A stretch of 64,000 nt of DNA from Somniosus microcephalus (taxonomy: Eukaryota): contig CM126203.1 in assembly GCA_052327205.1 (NCBI GenBank), positions 85,188,001 through 85,252,000 on the forward strand. The letters are read 5' to 3'. How positions within the stretch are numbered: position 1 is the stretch's first letter; every line of letters starts with the position of its first letter. Made by a program: the position numbers and the translations under genes. The notes under the pieces are model-generated. The model was given only the letters and a program-made list of their open reading frames with translations, searched no databases and was not told where the DNA came from. Shown one piece after another: positions 9,801 through 23,461 of the stretch.

Positions 9801-10248
9801 CCTACTGCAAACTGAAGTGCCATGGAAGTGGAGTGACGAATGTAAACGAGCTTTCCAGAAGAGCAAAACACTAATCACATCGAAAGATGTATTGGCCCAT
9901 TTCAACCCAGCACTACCAATTCGGTTGGCGTGTGATGCATCACCCTACGGCATTGGAGTGGTGCCGTTGCACAAATTCTCGTACGGCTCAGAGAGGCCAA
10001 TAGCCTTTGCGTCACGATCACTAACCTCAGCCGAGCGTAACTACGCCCAGATTGACAGGGAGGCCCTCAGCCTAGTGTGGGGAACTACTTTTTACAGCTC
10101 ATGTATACTGTAGTACCGGCAGTGACCACACCTGTATATAGCACTGAGTAGTAATCTGTACAGTTCAGTTCCAGAGTGAGCCACGTTGAGTAAACACCTG
10201 TTGTACCGTTCTCCTGCAGTCTGTGTCTTACTACTGACGGACACAACA
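6893..10248 (+). mobile_element. Gypsy (Mag-type) LTR retrotransposon A, integrase deleted
   Basis: 5' LTR 6893-7070 (TG..CA), PBS TGGCGACGAGG at 7072 (complementary to the tRNA-Ser(GCT) 3' end), 3' LTR remnant 10079-10248 with 2 mismatches to the 5' LTR, and TSD CAATC (6888-6892, 10249-10253). Confidence 0.93.
7719..10083 (+). pseudogene. gag-pol of element A (gag, double CCHC, protease LDTG, RT YLDD, RNase H), frameshifted and truncated
   Basis: ORF pieces 7719-8030, 8336-9142 and 9118-10113. Homology ends at ALSLVWG, fused directly to the LTR. Confidence 0.9.
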
Positions 10249-10539
10249 CAATCCACCAGAGTCCTAAGCGGTGCTCCCCACCCCATTTGTTACTAACATG
10301 TGCTAAGGTGGACGAGGGGTGGTCGGCTGTCAACCAAAGCAGGGGAGGCAAATTTTAGACAACAATTTAAGGGTCAACGATTTGGCAGGCAGCCTACGCA
10401 TTCCATTTTCCTTGATTCTCTATCCCGGGACTATAATATACCAGACAATAATATAAAAGGAAAATCCTCTCCTTTACCTCTAATCATGTTAATTCAGTTC
10501 TCTTACACTGTTTAATATTCAAATATGAATAATGATAGA

Positions 10540-10678
10540 AACTTGAAAAGGGAAAATTTGCAGGGCTATGGGGAAAGAGCGTGAGTGAGACTAATTGTAG
10601 AGCACATTCAAAGGGCCGGCACAGGCACGATGGACCGAATGGCCTCCTTCTGTGCTGTATCAGACTAAGCTTCTATGA
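10540..10678 (+). mobile_element. CR1/HER1-type LINE 3' tail fragment
   Basis: gcagggctatggggaaagagc...gatggaccgaatggcctccttctgtgctgta...ttctatg. The same tail occurs near 21060-21180. Confidence 0.7.
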
Positions 10679-11835
10679 AACACTGACGCTTTAAAATTCA
10701 CCTTTTATAGTGACTAGCCAAAGTATTTCAGAAGACAATTAATTATTCAGATTGCAGCATGTAAAAAGAAACCACTTCTCTTGAAAGACCATCTTTAGTC
10801 AGTTACAAACATAAAAGATGTTCTCAATGATGCCCAAATCTTCTTTATCATCTTATTGGAAATGTGTGCAGGAAAATCCAATTTAAAAAAAAACAAGGCC
10901 TGGAAAGGTTGGTGACATGATTACTCACATTAAAAGGGATTAAAAAGACTCTCCAGGAGTACCTTCTATTCAAAGTACTAGTTCTCTCCTAAAAGGAGGT
11001 AGACATATAAATTACCTTGCTCTACATAACATTTCATACTTCTGGTTCCCTCCAGGGCTGCAGTTGCAGCTTTTCCAGCCTGTTGTAATTTTCTATGAGG
11101 TCAGGTGCTTCCATATCAGCCACCAGTCTGGTCATAAGTTTCAGCTTCCACTGAAGTCAATGGAATCACTCTAAGATATGTAAAACCCACTCTTTTAACT
11201 TAAATTGCTGGGGTAGCTCAGGAGGGATGCTGAGGCACAAAATGGCAGGTTCCATAAAACTACAAAAAGTAAAGGTATTTACATCAAAGTAATCTATATG
11301 CTTATAAACATATTTATTAAGAGAAAAAGTACTTTTAACAGAGAGTGGTCCTATCCGCTCATTCCTTCTATATCCTTTAAGTAACATCTGTGTTACAAAT
11401 TCAGCAGAAGGTACCAACTCGGATTTAGTGGCATCAGTCGCTCCCGTGAGTGGTCTAAGTGTCTTACTTTTGTGGGAGTTGACTCACACTGCCCTATCTC
11501 TAACTGCATTAGTACCCACTTGTGACCTGAACCTTTCACATGTGTACTATTTCAATCAGTCTGACCGTGGGTCAAGCAAACATTTGGTAAAATAAGGCTT
11601 CATTCAAATCAATAAGTGGCTTAATATCACAGTAGGACAACATAAAGAACAGTAGTTATGATTGGTCTCACCTAGTTCAGTCAGGACAACTTACCTTTGC
11701 ATAATAATACAAAATAATGAATATGCTATGCTTCCGCGCATCAGCAGGTCATCTAGCTTGAATTAAACGAAATAGTTTTGGATTACCTTCTACTGCATTC
11801 CATCATTCTCGATGCGTTTGTTGCCTGAGTGCCTG

Positions 11836-12276
11836 GGAGGAATTTTAACTTTTGGACCCGCCAGGAGCAAGGGGGCCTGGAAGCGTCTCCCAGCATGCTG
11901 TGGAGTTTTAACTTCATAGTGTGCGTGTGGCATCACTGATAGGTTCCCCGCCCGGATGTCAGCCTGGCTTGGTTTCCAATTGGGCAGGGAACACTGAAGA
12001 AGAGGCCACAGCTCCAGGCAGGTAAAGCCCTGACCCTGGAGGGGATTCCGATCCCCAACCCCAGGGGGAGGGGGCGGGAGTGCGATCTCTGATCCTGGGG
12101 AGAGACTGTTCCCCGACGCTGGGGGTGTCTGTTCTCCATTACGGGGGTTGGGGGTCCGATCCTGGAGTAGAGGGTATTTGTATGGGGTGGGGATGATACT
12201 GGGGGAGCTCGTGGAGCCGGGGTGAAGCACCCCTGCTCCTCCTGGGCCACAAGGGTAAATCCGAGGCTCCAGCCTC
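11836..12276. mobile_element. MITE-like GC-rich repeat with G-rich spacer, truncated by a CR1 insertion
   Basis: Begins gggaggaatttt (Harbinger-like terminus) and shares blocks with 22310-23000. Confidence 0.4.
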
Positions 12277-13549
12277 ATTATAAGAACATAAGAATCAAAA
12301 GCAGGAGTAGGCCATACGGTCCTTTGAGCCTGCTCCGCCATTCAATAAGATCATGGCTGATCCTTGATCTCAACTCCACTTCCCGCCCGATCCCCTTATC
12401 CCTTGATTCTCCTAGAGTCCAAAAATCTATCTATTTCCACCTTGAATATACTCAACGACATCATCCACAGCCCTTTCAGGTAGAGAATTCCAAAGATTCA
12501 CAACCCTCAGTGAAGAAATTCCTCCTCATCTCAGTCTTAAATGGCCGACCCCTTATCCTGAGACTATGTCCCCTAGTCCTAGACTCTCCAGCCAGGGGAA
12601 ACAATCTCTCAGCATCTACCCTGTTGATCCCCCTCAGAATCTTATATGTTTCAATGAGATCACCTCTCATTCTGCTAAACTCCAGAGAATGTCAGCCCAA
12701 TCTACTCAAACACTCCTCATAGGACAACCCTCTCATCCCAGGGATCAATCTAGTGAACCTTTGTTGCATCACTTTGAAGATAAGTATTTCCTTCCTCAGA
12801 TAAGGAGACCAAAACTGTGCACAGCGCTCTAGGTGTGGTCTCACCAAAGCCCTGTACAATTGTAATAAGACTTCCTTACTCTTGTACTCCAAACCCCGTG
12901 CGATCAAAGCCAACATGCCATTTGCCTTCCTAATTGCTTGCTGTACCTGCATGCTAACTTTCTGTGTTCCCTGTACGAGGACACCTAAATATCTCTGAAC
13001 ACCAACATTTAATAGTTTCCCAACATTTAAAGAATATGCTGTTTTACTATTCTTCCTACCAAAGTGAATAACCTCACATTTCCCCACGTTATACTCCATC
13101 GGCCACCTTATTGCCCACTCACTTAACCTGTCTATATCCCTTTGCAGGCTCTTTGTGTTCTCCTCACAGCTTATTTTCCCACCTAGCTTTGTATCATCAG
13201 CAAACTTGGATACATTGCACATGGTCTCTACATCTAAGTCATTATTATAGATTGTCAATAGCTGAGGCCCCAACACTGATCCTTGCGGTACCCCACTAGT
13301 TACAGCCTGTCAACCAGAAAAGTAACTGTTTATCCCTACTCTCTGTTTTCTGCCCATTAATCAATCCTCTATCCATGCTAATATATTACCCCCAGTCCCA
13401 TGAGCCCTTATCTTGCGTAGCAACCTTTTATGTGGCACCTTATCGAATGCCTTTTGGAAATCCAAATATACTACATCCATTGGTTCCTCTTTATCTACCC
13501 TGCTAGTTACATCCTCAAATAACTCTAATAAATTTGTTAAACACGATTA

Positions 13550-16500
13550 TGTACTGTCCGTGTGTAGATAAAGACACTGAAGACAGGAGTTGGTTCATAG
13601 GTATTTACTAAGCAAGTCTGGGGGGGGGGGTTTCTAAAGGATATACACAATACACAGGCTTATATAGCCCAAGTGGCAATTACCGGCATTACGCACGCCT
13701 GGGGCTCTTAAAGGCACATACACCATAATTGTTCTTAAAGGCACATACACCACAATTCCTCCCCTTCTAGCTAACTAGTACATCATATTTTAAGTAATTA
13801 TTAATTACATGTTATATGCAAAATAATATACATTGCTGTATTAATTAATTATAAGTTAGTCTCTCAGGAGGCTTCCTGACTCGGTCCGGATAACGCCTCG
13901 GGGGTGTAGTAGTTTCTGGTGGTGTAGTAGGTTCTTCTGGCAAGGCTGATTCGGCTTGAAGGCCAGTGTCGGGTTCATCGGGCTCCAGTATCACCAGATC
14001 AGAGGTAGATATGGGTATCTCTACTTCATCGTTAGATGTATAGAGTGGTGGTGTAGGTTGTCCCTTTTCGGATGACTTGATGATTTGGTCAGCATGGCGC
14101 CTTATTATGCTGTCTCCAATGTCCACGGTATACATCAGTGGTCCTAATCGTGTGCAGATAGTTCCAGGCTGCCATTTCTCGGTACGGTAGTCCCGGGCCA
14201 AAACCGGTTGGCCTATCTGGAAGGCCCTAGTTGGCCTTTCATTCATGCCCTGAAACTGCCGGTTCTCCACGTCCCTTCGGATGTTGGGCTTGACCAAATC
14301 CAGCCGGCATCTTAGGTTTCTATTGTAGAACATCATGGCGGGAGTTTGGTTAGTAACCATATGCGTTGCATTCCTATATGCAAATAAGAAGTTATCCACC
14401 TTGTGCTGAAGTTTTATGTCTTCATTACCCATGGCCTTTATGGCCTTCTTGAAGGTCTAGACAAACCTTTCAGCCAATCCATTGGTGGCGGGATGGTATG
14501 GGGCGGACATGTAGTGCTTTACCCCATTGTTCTTTAAGAACTTTCTGAATTCTTCAGACACAAATTGCGGTCCGTTATCAGAACATATCTGCTCCGGCAG
14601 CCCATTCCTGGCAAATATGGTCCTTAATACTGTGATGGATTTTTCCGTGGTGGTGGAGGACATCTTTATTACCTCCGGCCACTTGGAGTGTGCATCAACT
14701 GCGATTAAGAACATTGAGTCCATAAATGGACCAGCAAAGTCGATGTGCACCCTTTGCCAGGGAGATGAGGGCCACTCCCATGGATGTAGAGGGGCCTGTG
14801 GCGGAGCATTTTGGACCTTCTGGCATCCTAGGCAGCTCTTGGTCATGTCTTCGATGTCTCCATCGATACCTGGCCACCATACAAACGCCCTAGCTAGGTT
14901 CTTCATTTTCACTCCACCCAGATGCCCCTCGTGAAGCTCCTTTAGCACTTTATCCTGGAGTTTGGGTGGAATCACCACTCTGGATCCACACATCAAGGTT
15001 CCTCGGCACACTGACAGCTGTTCTCTTCTTTGCGAGGATGCTGGCAACAGTGGTTCGCTATGTGCTGGCCATCCCTTCACTGTTAAATCGTAGACCCGTG
15101 AGAGAGTAGGGTCATTTCTTGTCTCCCTTTCAATGGCAGAATTTGTCACCGGTAGACATTCCACTATGGTAGAGTGGAATATCTCTACTGGGTCTACTGT
15201 AGGTGCCTCTTCTATCGTTGGCAACGGTAGGCGTGATAAACCGTCAGCATTCCCATGCTGTTTTGACCCTTTGTATTCAATGTTGTATTGGTGTGCCCCT
15301 AGAAAAAGGGACCACCTCTGTAGTCTTTGTGCCGTCATAATGGGGACACCTTTTTTAGGGTTGAATATGGAGATGAGGGGTTGATGGTCAGTCAGCAAGG
15401 TAAATTTTTGTCCGTGTAGGTAATGGTTGAATTTCTTCACTCCCCATACCAGGCTGAGTGCTTCCCTGTCTATCTGGGCATAGTTACGCTCAGCTGAGTT
15501 CAATGAGCGTGACGCAAAAGCTATCGGCCGTTCCGTGCCATCAGGGAATCTATGGGACAATACCGCTCCTATGCCGTAAGGGGATGCATCGCACGCCAGT
15601 CTGATTGGTAGTGATGGGTTGTAATGAGCCAAAATTTTCTCGGATGTGATTAAGTCTTTACATTTATGGAAGGCACGTTTACAGTCTTCGTTCCATTTCC
15701 AAATCACTCCTGTCTGTAGAAGATCATTAAGAGGGTGTAGAATAGTTGATAAGTTCGGTAAAAATTTATGATAGTAATTTATTAATCCCAGGAATGACCT
15801 TAATTGTGAAACATTTTCAGGTGCTGGGGCTTTTATAACTGCTTCAATTTTTTCAGGTGACTTATGCAACCCTTCCTTATTAATTATGTGGCCACAATAT
15901 GATATCTGATTTTGGAAAAATTCGCACTTGGGGCGATTTGCTCGTAGGCCCCGTTCTTTCAGCCTAGTGAGCACCTGCTCCAAATTGGCAAGGTGCTCGT
16001 TGTCGTTTTCTCCTGTTAGAAGGATGTCGTCTAGGTAGCATTGAGTCCCCGGAATCCCTTGCAGGACTTGCTCCATAGCTCTTTGCCAGATAGCTGGAGC
16101 TGATGCTATTCCAAAAACTAGTCGATTGTACTGGTACAGGCCTTTGTGTGTGTTTATTGTGAGATACTTTTTAGAGGTCTCCTCAACCTCCATCTGTAGA
16201 TATGCCTGTGCCAAGTCAATTTTTGTGAAACGTTTCCCTCCGGATAGTGAGGCGAAAATATCTTCTATCCTCGGAAGAGGATACTGCACCGTGTGAAGGA
16301 CCGGGTTTACAGTCACCTTAAAGTCCCCACAGATGCGAATTTTTTTCTGTTCCTCAGAGTTATTTTTCAATGTTTTTTTCATGACTGGAACAATGGGTGT
16401 TGCCCATTCGCTCCAATCTATTTTGGATAATACGCCTGCCTTTTCCAAATTCTTCAGCTCTGCCTCGACTGCCGGACGTATTGCGTATGGCACCGGTCTT

Positions 16501-18460
16501 GCCTTAAAAATTTTTGGAATTGCTGTATCTTCCACTTTTATTGAGGTGGTGATGCCTTTCAAGGTTCCTAGTTTCTCTTGAAACACTTCTTTGGCGTTGG
16601 CCAAGATGTCTTTTAATCGTTCAGGTATGATGTCATCATTGTTTTTTTTCTTACTGGTCACCGTCAGTGCCTGAATGGAGTGCCAGTCTAAACGTATCTT
16701 CCTTATCCATTCACGTCCCAACAACGGTGGACCACCATCTTGTAGAATGTATAAATACAACTTTTGTATTTCTTTGCCGTTGTATACCACAGGCACCCTT
16801 ATTTTTCCTTTGGGGTAGACTTTCTGCCCCGTATATGTTTTTAAGATAATGGATGTGTCTTTTAGAGGTATATGCGAAAATAGCCTCTCGTAATCTCGTC
16901 GATTTATTACGGTTAGAGCTGATCCTGTATCTAGCTCCATTTTAACTGGGGACCCTGCTATTGTGAGGGTAACCCAAATGGTTTGGTAATCCTCTTTGGC
17001 AAGTACATTATGTAATTTGAGACAGCTTAGTCTCTTGTTTCCGGAGTCGCTATCGCTATTCTGGTCTTCGGAGCTATTGTCCGTCATCATTTGTACCTTC
17101 CTGTACTTTTCTTTATTGATTTTTTGTTTTCTGTCAGTGGATTTATTTTGTCCAGATTGGCATACCCGTGCAATGTGTCCAATCTTACCACATTGCCTGC
17201 ATGCTTTGCCCTTGAACCAGCAGTCCCTCTGGTTATGGGTGGATCTGCCGCAGCGATAACATCTTCCGAACTCCTGTGTCATTTTATGGGTGCCGAAGTC
17301 CTGTGTCTCTTGTTGTATCTCTGCAGCTCCTTTTGCTGCTGCTTCGTATGATACAGCCATACTGAAAGCTTTGTCCAATGTTAAATCTTTTTCAGAAAGC
17401 AGTCTTTTTTGTGTTCCTTCACTTAAGAGACTGCAAACAAATTTGTCTCGAAGATAATCCGATAGTCCTGCTCCGAATTGGGAGTACTTTGATAGCTTTC
17501 TTAATTCGGTTAGGTAATCAGCGTTACTTTCATCCTTGTGTTGATTTCTCTTGAAGAACTTGAATCGTTCCGCTATCAGCAGCGGTGTTGGGTTTAAATG
17601 CTCCTGCAGGGTATCAACAATTTCTTTAAAAGTCTTGTCCTTTGGTTTGGCTGGAGTGATTAAATTTCGTATGTCTTCGCGCCCATTAAGTTCAGAAGTA
17701 CTGAAGCTTTTTTTTCATCTGTTATTCCATTTGCAGTGCAATAAACCTCTACTCTTTCCACGTATGTGGTCCAATCTTCTATTTCGCCATCAAAAGCCTC
17801 AATATTACCAGATTTAGGCATTTCAGAAAAGATATGGCGCTTCCCGCGCTTTTTTTTCTCTCTCTCTGTAGCAACGATATGGCGCTTCCCGCGCTTTCCC
17901 GCCGCTGCTACCGATAACAACGCTGTTTTACTGTGGTTTCCGTTTATTCACTGTTGGAGACTCGTTCCCGACGGAGGTCTAAACGCTGACCTGCTTGCCG
18001 CGCCGGCCGTCTCTCGAGTGCACCCTCCCAGTCCGTTATTGCTTGCCTCCGATTTCGCTGCCTGTCTCAGCTGTAGAGCCCACCGCTGGAGCTCCAGCCT
18101 GACGCCCAGGAAGGATTAGCGCAGTACCTGTCACCAGCTTGGCCAGCTGGTGAAACCACAGTTTCTCTTACTTCCTTGAGTCTTCTGGACGCTGGAGGAA
18201 TCGATGTCCTTGAGGTGCTGCCGAATTGCAAGCAAGTCCGTTTCCACTTCGTCGCCACTGTAGTGTCCGTGTGTAGATAAAGACACTGAAGACAGGAGTT
18301 GGTTCATAGGTATTTACTAAGCAAGTCTGGGGGGGGTTTCTAAAGGATATACACAATACACAGGCTTATATAGCCCAAGTGGCAATTACCGGCATTACGC
18401 ACACCTGGGGCTCTTAAAGGCACATACACCATAATTGCTCTTAAAGGCACATACACCACA
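13550..18460 (-). mobile_element. Gypsy (Mag-type) LTR retrotransposon B, near full length
   Basis: LTRs 13550-13754 and 18259-18460, PPT AAGGGGAGGAAT next to 13755, PBS TGGCGACGAAG at 18257-18247, and TSD GATTA/GATTT. Confidence 0.93.
13845..17821 (-). pseudogene. Single gag-pol of element B: gag lesion near 17660-17700 and one nonsense codon in integrase (14457-14459)
   Basis: The 973-aa ORF contains two CCHC knuckles, LDTG, YLDD, RNase H DAS, and integrase HHCC and D-D-E. The frame continues after the TAG into ORF 13845-14432. Confidence 0.9.
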
Positions 18461-19279
18461 GATTTATCTTTCATAAAACCATGCTGACTCTGCCCAATCA
18501 TTTTATGATTTTCTAAGTGCCCTGTTATCACATCCTTAATAATGGATTCCTTATTTTCCCAATGACTGATGTCAGGCTAACTGGCCTGTAGTTCCCTGTT
18601 TTCTCTCTCCCTCCTTTCTTGTATAGCAGGATTACATTTGCTAACTTCCAATCTGCTGGGACCATTCTAGAAGCTAGGGAATTTGGAAAGATCACAACCA
18701 ATGCATCCACTATCTCTGTAGCCACCTCTTTTAGAACCCTAGGACGTAGGCCAACAGGTCTAGGGAATTGGTCAGCTTTTAGTCCCAATAGTTTCTCAAG
18801 TACGTTTTCTTTACTGATCTTAATTACTTTAAGTTCCTCACACTTATTAGCCCCTTGATTCCGCACTATTTTTGGTATGCTTTTTGTGTCTTCTACTGTG
18901 AAGACAGATACAAAATATTTGTTTAATGTCTCTGCCATTTCCTTATTTCCCATTATAATTTCACCTGTCTCAGCCTCTAAGAGACCAACGCTTACTTTTG
19001 CTACTCTCTTCCATTTTGCATACTTGTAGAAGCTCTTACAATCTGTTTTTATATTTCTAGCTAGTTTACTCTCATTCTATTTTCTCTCTTTTTATCAACT
19101 TTTTGGTCATCCTTTGCTGGTTTTTAAACTCTCCCAATTCTCAGGCTTTGCAACATTATAAGCCTCTTCTTTTAATCTAATACTATCATTAACTTCTTTA
19201 GTTAGCCACGGATAGATCACTTTTCCCGTGGAGTTTTATTTCTCAATGGAATGTATATTCATTGAGAATTTTGGAATAT

Positions 19280-19650
19280 TTTTTCACTGGTGACTACATT
19301 TCCGAGTTTTGTGTCATCTGCAAACTTTGAAAATATGCCCTGTATACCCAAGTCCAGGTTATTAATATATCTCAAAAAGAGCAGTGGTCCCAACACTGAC
19401 CCCTGGGGGACACCACAGCACACTTCCCTACAATATGAAAAACAACTGCTCACTGTTACTCTCTGCTTTCTGTCCTTTAGCCTATTTTGTATCCACGCAG
19501 TCACTGTCCCAGTAATCCCATGGGCTTCAATTTTTCTAATAAGTCAATGATGTGGTACTTTATCTAATGCCTTTTGAAAGTCAACATACACATCAACCAC
19601 ACTGCCCTCATCCACTCTCTCCATTACTTCATCAAAGAACGCAATCAAGT
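19280..19650 (-). mobile_element. Older CR1 RT fragment
   Basis: ORFs contain GVPQGSVLGPLLF, FADDTKL and DFQKALDKVPH. Confidence 0.8.
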
Positions 19651-19922
19651 TAGGTGCTCCTGGTGGGCAAGACTCTGTGGGAGTGAGGTTTTTGAAAATT
19701 ACACCTTGTATGTGCATTGTGTCCATGACAAAGAGATAAAGATGTGGATGAAGGTATTGTAGTCTTTCTGTTCATTTCGAGTTACACATCGATTACTGTT
19801 ATTTTCTCAATGATGTTTTGTAGGAATAAACACAAAAAGTGTTATTTTACCCACACATTTTATTTCGGACACAGTTAACATTGTGTCAGAAAACTATTTT
19901 TTTCCATTTTCACCAAAATATC

Positions 19923-20765
19923 AGGCTGGATTTTCCGGGGGGGGGAGGGGTGTCAGTGGGCGTGATCAGTGGCGTGTCGGGTGTGAAAGTGTTTTTTTCC
20001 CCAGCGGATCAGGACCCCACTGTGAACCCGCTGCCACGCGCCTTTCCCCGATGTCAGGTCTGTCAGCACTGAGCAGACCTGACAGGCAGCGGCGGGGGGC
20101 CCAATTCAGGTCATTATGACCTTGTTTAGAGATGATTAAGAACACATTTGAGCTCACCTTCAGATTTAATGTGCTCGCCCATGGGATCATCGCTGCTCAG
20201 GGATCACGTCTGTCAAGCTGAGGCGGGAGGTCAGTGGCCATTGAATCAGCTGTTGACTTGACAGCTTCAAATGTAAAGTAAAAGCTCCCACCTTACAGAA
20301 ATATCTTCCCTCAGCCATAGGATCTTCCTTACTGCATTTCCACAACAGATTCACTATGCTGCAAGTCTTTACACAAGTTTCCATCCAGTCTCACTTCATT
20401 ACCTCTCTCACCATTGACAGATCGTTTCTGTCATCTCTACTTCATCTGCCATCTATTCCATCAGCATGGGTGCCCTTTATACTCTCTCACCTTGGTCCTC
20501 AGAATCCCACCGCAGCCAGCCCCAAAACCAGCAGCACCAGACACACCAGGAGCACCAACAACAACACCAACCTTCTCCGCAATCAACTGACGCTGCACAG
20601 GACACAGGGCATCAGCACCTGACCACATGCCCTCACCATGGCCAGATTTACTTCACTAGACGCTGTACACCCTGGCTGCCACATGATGCACCAGGTTGGC
20701 ACCACCTCACACCAACACCATAAGGCATCCCTACAATGCCCAAGCCATTCCTTTCACACTCATGT
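19923..20765. mobile_element. Non-autonomous Harbinger derivative (partial) with transposase N/C-terminal remnant
   Basis: Terminus ggctggattttc and remnant MGALYTLSPWSSESH...QQQHQP. Homologous to 39200-39600 and 44050-44370. Confidence 0.7.
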
Positions 20766-21179
20766 GGAGAGTTGGGATTGTTCTCCTTAGAGCAGAGAAG
20801 GTTAAGGCATGACCCAATAGAGGAATTCAAAATTATGAGGGGTTTTGATAGCAAGCAGGGAGAAACTGTTTCCTCTGGCAAGTGGGTCGGTAAAACAGAG
20901 GTCAAGGATTTAATATAATTGACAAAATAATTAGAGGGGAAATTAGGAGAAATATTTTCACACAGTGTTGTTAAGATCTGGAATACACTGCCTGAAAGGG
21001 TAGTTGGATCATATTCCATAGGAACTTTCAAAAGACAATTGGACGTGTACTTCAAGCGGAATAATTTGCATGGTTATGGGGAAAAAGCTGGGATGTGGGA
21101 CTAAATTGGACAGGTCTTGCAAAGAGGCAGCACAGGCATGATGGGCCGAGTGGCCTCCTTCTGCGCTGTAAGATTCTAT
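20765..21179 (+). mobile_element. CR1/HER1 LINE 3' fragment
   Basis: ELGLFSLEQRRLR.D.IE.FKIMRG followed by the 3' UTR tail ending ttctatg. Confidence 0.8.
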
Positions 21180-21917
21180 GGGGGCACAATTCGGAGTACC
21201 GCCCCAGCCACTAAATTGGGCTTACCGCCCTGGCAAGGAAGCAGAGCGCTATCTCAGGCGCTTCACTTTCACATGGGGCGCAAAGCACGGTAGCGCCAGA
21301 GCACTACGCGGCCACTCCGCATAGTGCTGACGTGTTTCAGCGCCCCTCCCCTTCCGTTAAAGGGGAGGGCCGCTGCGCACTCTGCAGGCCGTTTGACGGC
21401 CTCCACTAGCCCACCAGGGCGGCATGGTGCCATGGCCACAGCCTGGCACTGAGATGCGGTGCTGGAAGGCGTGATGCCGGCCACGGACCACGGACCATGC
21501 CAAGGGCCGCCAAGAGGGGCTGACCTGGAGGTCGGCCAAAATAAAAAACGTCGACACGGGGCGCAGACAGACCACCCCTTTAATTAGCACCCCGCCAACG
21601 GTGTGCGGCCTGGCTCACGACCCGCGAGGGTGTTGCTGACATTGCCATCGGCAGCCTCGCGGGGCACAGCTGAATTTCGGCTGCGAGGCACTAAGGGGCA
21701 CTAAGGGGTTGCGTCACTTGATGATGATGTCATCGCCGGCAGCGCTGCGCCCGGGGTGCTACCGCTGGGGGTGCGGCCCTATCGTCAAGTGCGTCAGTAG
21801 CGCCCCGCTAAATTTCTCAGCAGGTGCTGCCCCCGCCCGGGCAATAAGCTCTTTGCGCCCCGTTACCACCCCCCGGAGGTGCTAACGGTGGGCACAAAGG
21901 AGGCGAATTTTGCCTCC
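21180..21917. mobile_element. GC-rich Harbinger MITE (Harbinger-1-related family)
   Basis: TIRs GGGGGCACAATTCG / CGAATTTTGCCTCC, flanks TAT/CAT, and repeated TAGCGCC motifs. Homologous to 30525-31131 and 58520-59265. Confidence 0.8.
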
Positions 21918-23461
21918 CATCATTCTAATTATCTTCAAAATAAGCCTATTGACCTTTGCAAATTGCTTCTGTTCTTCTCACACAAAAGCATAAAATAGAC
22001 GCAATATTGTCTACTGCAGATACACTGGAAACCAAAATCTGCACATTGGCTTTGCAAGTGCATGTAAAACAATTCAAAAAAGTATATTTCTCAGCATGAA
22101 AATCAAAATGCTCACTCTAGAGCTCCATGAGCTATTCCAATGATACAATCTCAGGTGCTAGCATTAAACACAATATATGCGACAATAATAGAAATGAAAT
22201 TTTTTTAAATATAAAGTTCAATCCCGGAGGCTTGTGAGCTGCCTGTGGTGGTGTGATAGGCACCAGTAGCTCATGTGCATTATTTAGATGAGGCCTGAGG
22301 TCTGAGGCCAAATTCTGGTCAGCCTTGGGCCTTTCTGTTCAGATGTGCGATGCCCAAGGAGTGCCGAATCTGGGTCCGAAAACAGGCTGACACTAATTAC
22401 TACCCCTGTGATCCCAAAGGAGTAGGAGCTGTCTGCTCAGGACAAATAACCTAATTTTGCTGAGGAAGCCAAAAAAGTGAAACATAGTCCATGGAAGGAA
22501 CAGATGGCAATTTTAAATTGCAGGGAGCAAGACCAGCCTAAGTTGGTGATATCCTCTTTAAATGTGTAGATCTGCTATTTTAACGTGAGGCCTGAGTGGG
22601 GAAGCAGTGATGTCTTCCCCACCAGGCCAAACCGGCCTTGAACAGCAGCCAGGGTCAGAAGAGGCCCAGCAAGGCAGGTTTTTAAAATGTTATTTGTTTC
22701 CTTGTGGGCCAGGAGAATAGGGTTGCAATTGCTCCTGGATTGCTCAGGAAACTCCCAGATTGGGGCACGAATCGCTCATGGATTGGAGGTCGGGAGATTG
22801 GGGCTCGGGCAGGGGAAGGTAGGGAGACTGGGGATCAGGGCATTGGGGCTCAGGTGGGGGAGAGAAGAAGTCTGGGGGTTGGGGAATTGGGGCTTGGGCA
22901 GGGGGGGGATAGAGGGAGAATGGGGAATAGGGGATTGGTGTTTGTGGGGCCCACCATTTCCTGAAGAGCCAGGAGCAGCAGCAGCAATGTCCTAAGTAGG
23001 AGCGGTGCCGAGGGACGAGCGCCCAGAGCAGGGGTGAGTGAAAACTGGGGACTTTCCTCTCGATAAATAGTGAAAGATTGTTTTCACTGGTGGACGAATG
23101 GGGAACTAGATGACTGAGAATGAAAATTCTCACTGGAAGAATATACAGGGAAGGGAGAAGGAAGGTTTGTGAACTGAAAGCTATGGGACTGTGGGGACAG
23201 AGATTAGAACATCAATTAAAAGGGATTGGGAAGTTGAAAGAGTTGTCACCTTCACACAGAACCTGAGTCCAAAACGGACTCCTAAATTAGATAGGGAGAG
23301 AGATTGGGTCTGCTAAAAGTGGTATTGGTTGGGGAGCCTGACTACACCTTCTGCGGTGCGGGGGGATTTTGACTGTACTTATAGGGTGAATATCAGAGAG
23401 TATAGGATTACTACAAAATATCGGGCATTATACCAATTAATACCAGTTACATAAAGACCAT

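Larger units (their letters stand above)
12280..19262 (-). mobile_element. CR1-clade LINE (5'-truncated ORF2 plus 3' tail), interrupted by Gypsy B
   Basis: RT motifs NYRPVSLTS, FADDTKL and LVRPHLE. (TTCTTATG)n tail at about 12280-12295. The LINE sequence is continuous across 13549/18461. Confidence 0.9.

Noticed and set aside
22790-22945. G-run-rich tracts (also 12040-12225, 45480-45660) as functional G-quadruplex elements
   Set aside because: G4 potential is plausible, but they appear to be low-complexity spacers of repeats and nothing else supports a function.
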